DNA of 45,416 bases from a virus (lineage: Duplodnaviria; Caudoviricetes), in the IMG/VR virus record IMGVR_UViG_3300031644_001202, positions 1 through 45,416 of that record. One strand, given 5' to 3'. The first letter of the stretch is position 1. Every line of letters starts with the position of its first letter. Shown one piece after another: positions 44,810 to 45,416 of the stretch. The notes beneath the pieces were generated by a model, which had not been told where the DNA came from, did not search any database, and worked only from the letters and a program-made list of their open reading frames with translations. The translations under genes were made by a program, and so were the position numbers.

Positions 44810-45270
44810 ATCGTTCGCTTGTGTTGGGCGTGTTAGCTGCGCTGGCCTTCCTGGCCGGCTGGAAGGTCAACGGCTGGCGGCTGGGCGAGGGGATCGCCCA
44901 GGGCCAGGTCGAGGCCGTCACCATCGTTCGCGTCGTCGAGCGCCAACAACAGAGCGTCGCAGACGAAGAGGGGCAAAAGGGTCATGAGCAACTTGAGGAG
45001 CTGCAGCGTCGTGCTGCTGATGCTGGGGCTGCTGCTGACGGGTTGCGCAAACAAGCCAGCAGCCTGGCCACCCAGCTCGCTACCTGTAATGCCGGAACTG
45101 CCGGCGAGCGCACGGCAAGGGAACGCGCCGCCGCAGTGCTCGCCGAGCTGCTTGGAGAGATGGAATCAGAAGGTCGTGCAATGGCAGAAGCTGCTGACCG
45201 TGCCAGATCCGCAGGGCTCACCTGCGAGCGCGTCTATGACGGAGTGAAGGCAGTAGCTGAGCAAAAATGA
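44794..45270 (+). CDS. Inner-membrane spanin (Rz-like)
   Basis: N-terminal TM helix, coiled coil, AGLTCERVY C-terminus. Confidence 0.8.
   Translation: MGALVDRSLVLGVLAALAFLAGWKVNGWRLGEGIAQGQVEAVTIVRVVERQQQSVADEEGQKGHEQLEELQRRAADAGAAADGLRKQASSLATQLATCNAGTAGERTARERAAAVLAELLGEMESEGRAMAEAADRARSAGLTCERVYDGVKAVAEQK
44984..45247 (+). CDS. Outer-membrane spanin lipoprotein (Rz1-like), embedded in Rz
   Basis: Signal peptide with lipobox LLTGC, then Pro-rich sequence; +1 frame inside Rz. Confidence 0.8.
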   Translation: MSNLRSCSVVLLMLGLLLTGCANKPAAWPPSSLPVMPELPASARQGNAPPQCSPSCLERWNQKVVQWQKLLTVPDPQGSPASASMTE

Positions 45271-45320
45271 AAAGGCCCGGTGCCGTGGGGGAGTCCCTGC
45301 GGCACCGGGCCTTTTTTTGT
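45271..45320 (+). terminator. Terminator at the end of the late operon
   Basis: AAAGGCCCGGTGCCG...CGGCACCGGGCCTTTTTTT. Confidence 0.8.
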
Positions 45321-45416
45321 TCCTGCGATTTTAGTTTAGAAAATGTAGCCTATGGGCAACCAAGGCTGACGAATCCGACTTTCGGGGTGGCGGTGGACAT
45401 GCGGGCTAACCTCTAA

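Larger units (their letters stand above)
1..45416. mobile_element. Temperate siphovirus-like prophage with lambda-like head genes (att sites not identified)
   Basis: Ordered modules: integrase, early genes, cI/cro/cII, primase-helicase, terminase, portal, protease, capsid, tail tube, tape measure, tail tip, lysis. No sheath gene recognised. Confidence 0.95.

Noticed and set aside
45321-45416. attR site
   Set aside because: No matching repeat is visible in the window. Serine integrase att cores are very short, and the left junction lies outside the window.

Overview
The window is a near-complete, GC-rich temperate siphovirus-like prophage, probably of a Pseudomonas-type host (inferred from gene content such as the PrtN-like gene). 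It has a large serine integrase, a leftward early operon, a cI/cro/cII switch, a primase-helicase with an iteron-like origin, lambda-like head genes, a tail module interrupted by a P22 immI-like Arc/Mnt/antirepressor cassette, and a split lysis cassette. The main finding is a complete diversity-generating retroelement (DGR) inside the early left operon. It has an RT, an Avd, one 100-bp template repeat (4291-4390) and two variable repeats (4999-5098 and 5677-5776). These differ from the template only at template adenines (13 and 12 changes by my manual alignment), and each is followed by a GC hairpin with a GNA triloop. The targets are two small, apparently cytoplasmic DUF1566/C-type-lectin-like proteins, not tail fibres. 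Other notable items are a C5 methyltransferase apparently split over two fully overlapping reading frames, a dispersed family of CTCTGAC-loop hairpins paired with ACACAGCAC motifs (with a candidate antisense RNA in the late leader), and a domain shared by the head decoration and tail tube proteins. All protein family calls come from motif recognition, not database searches.
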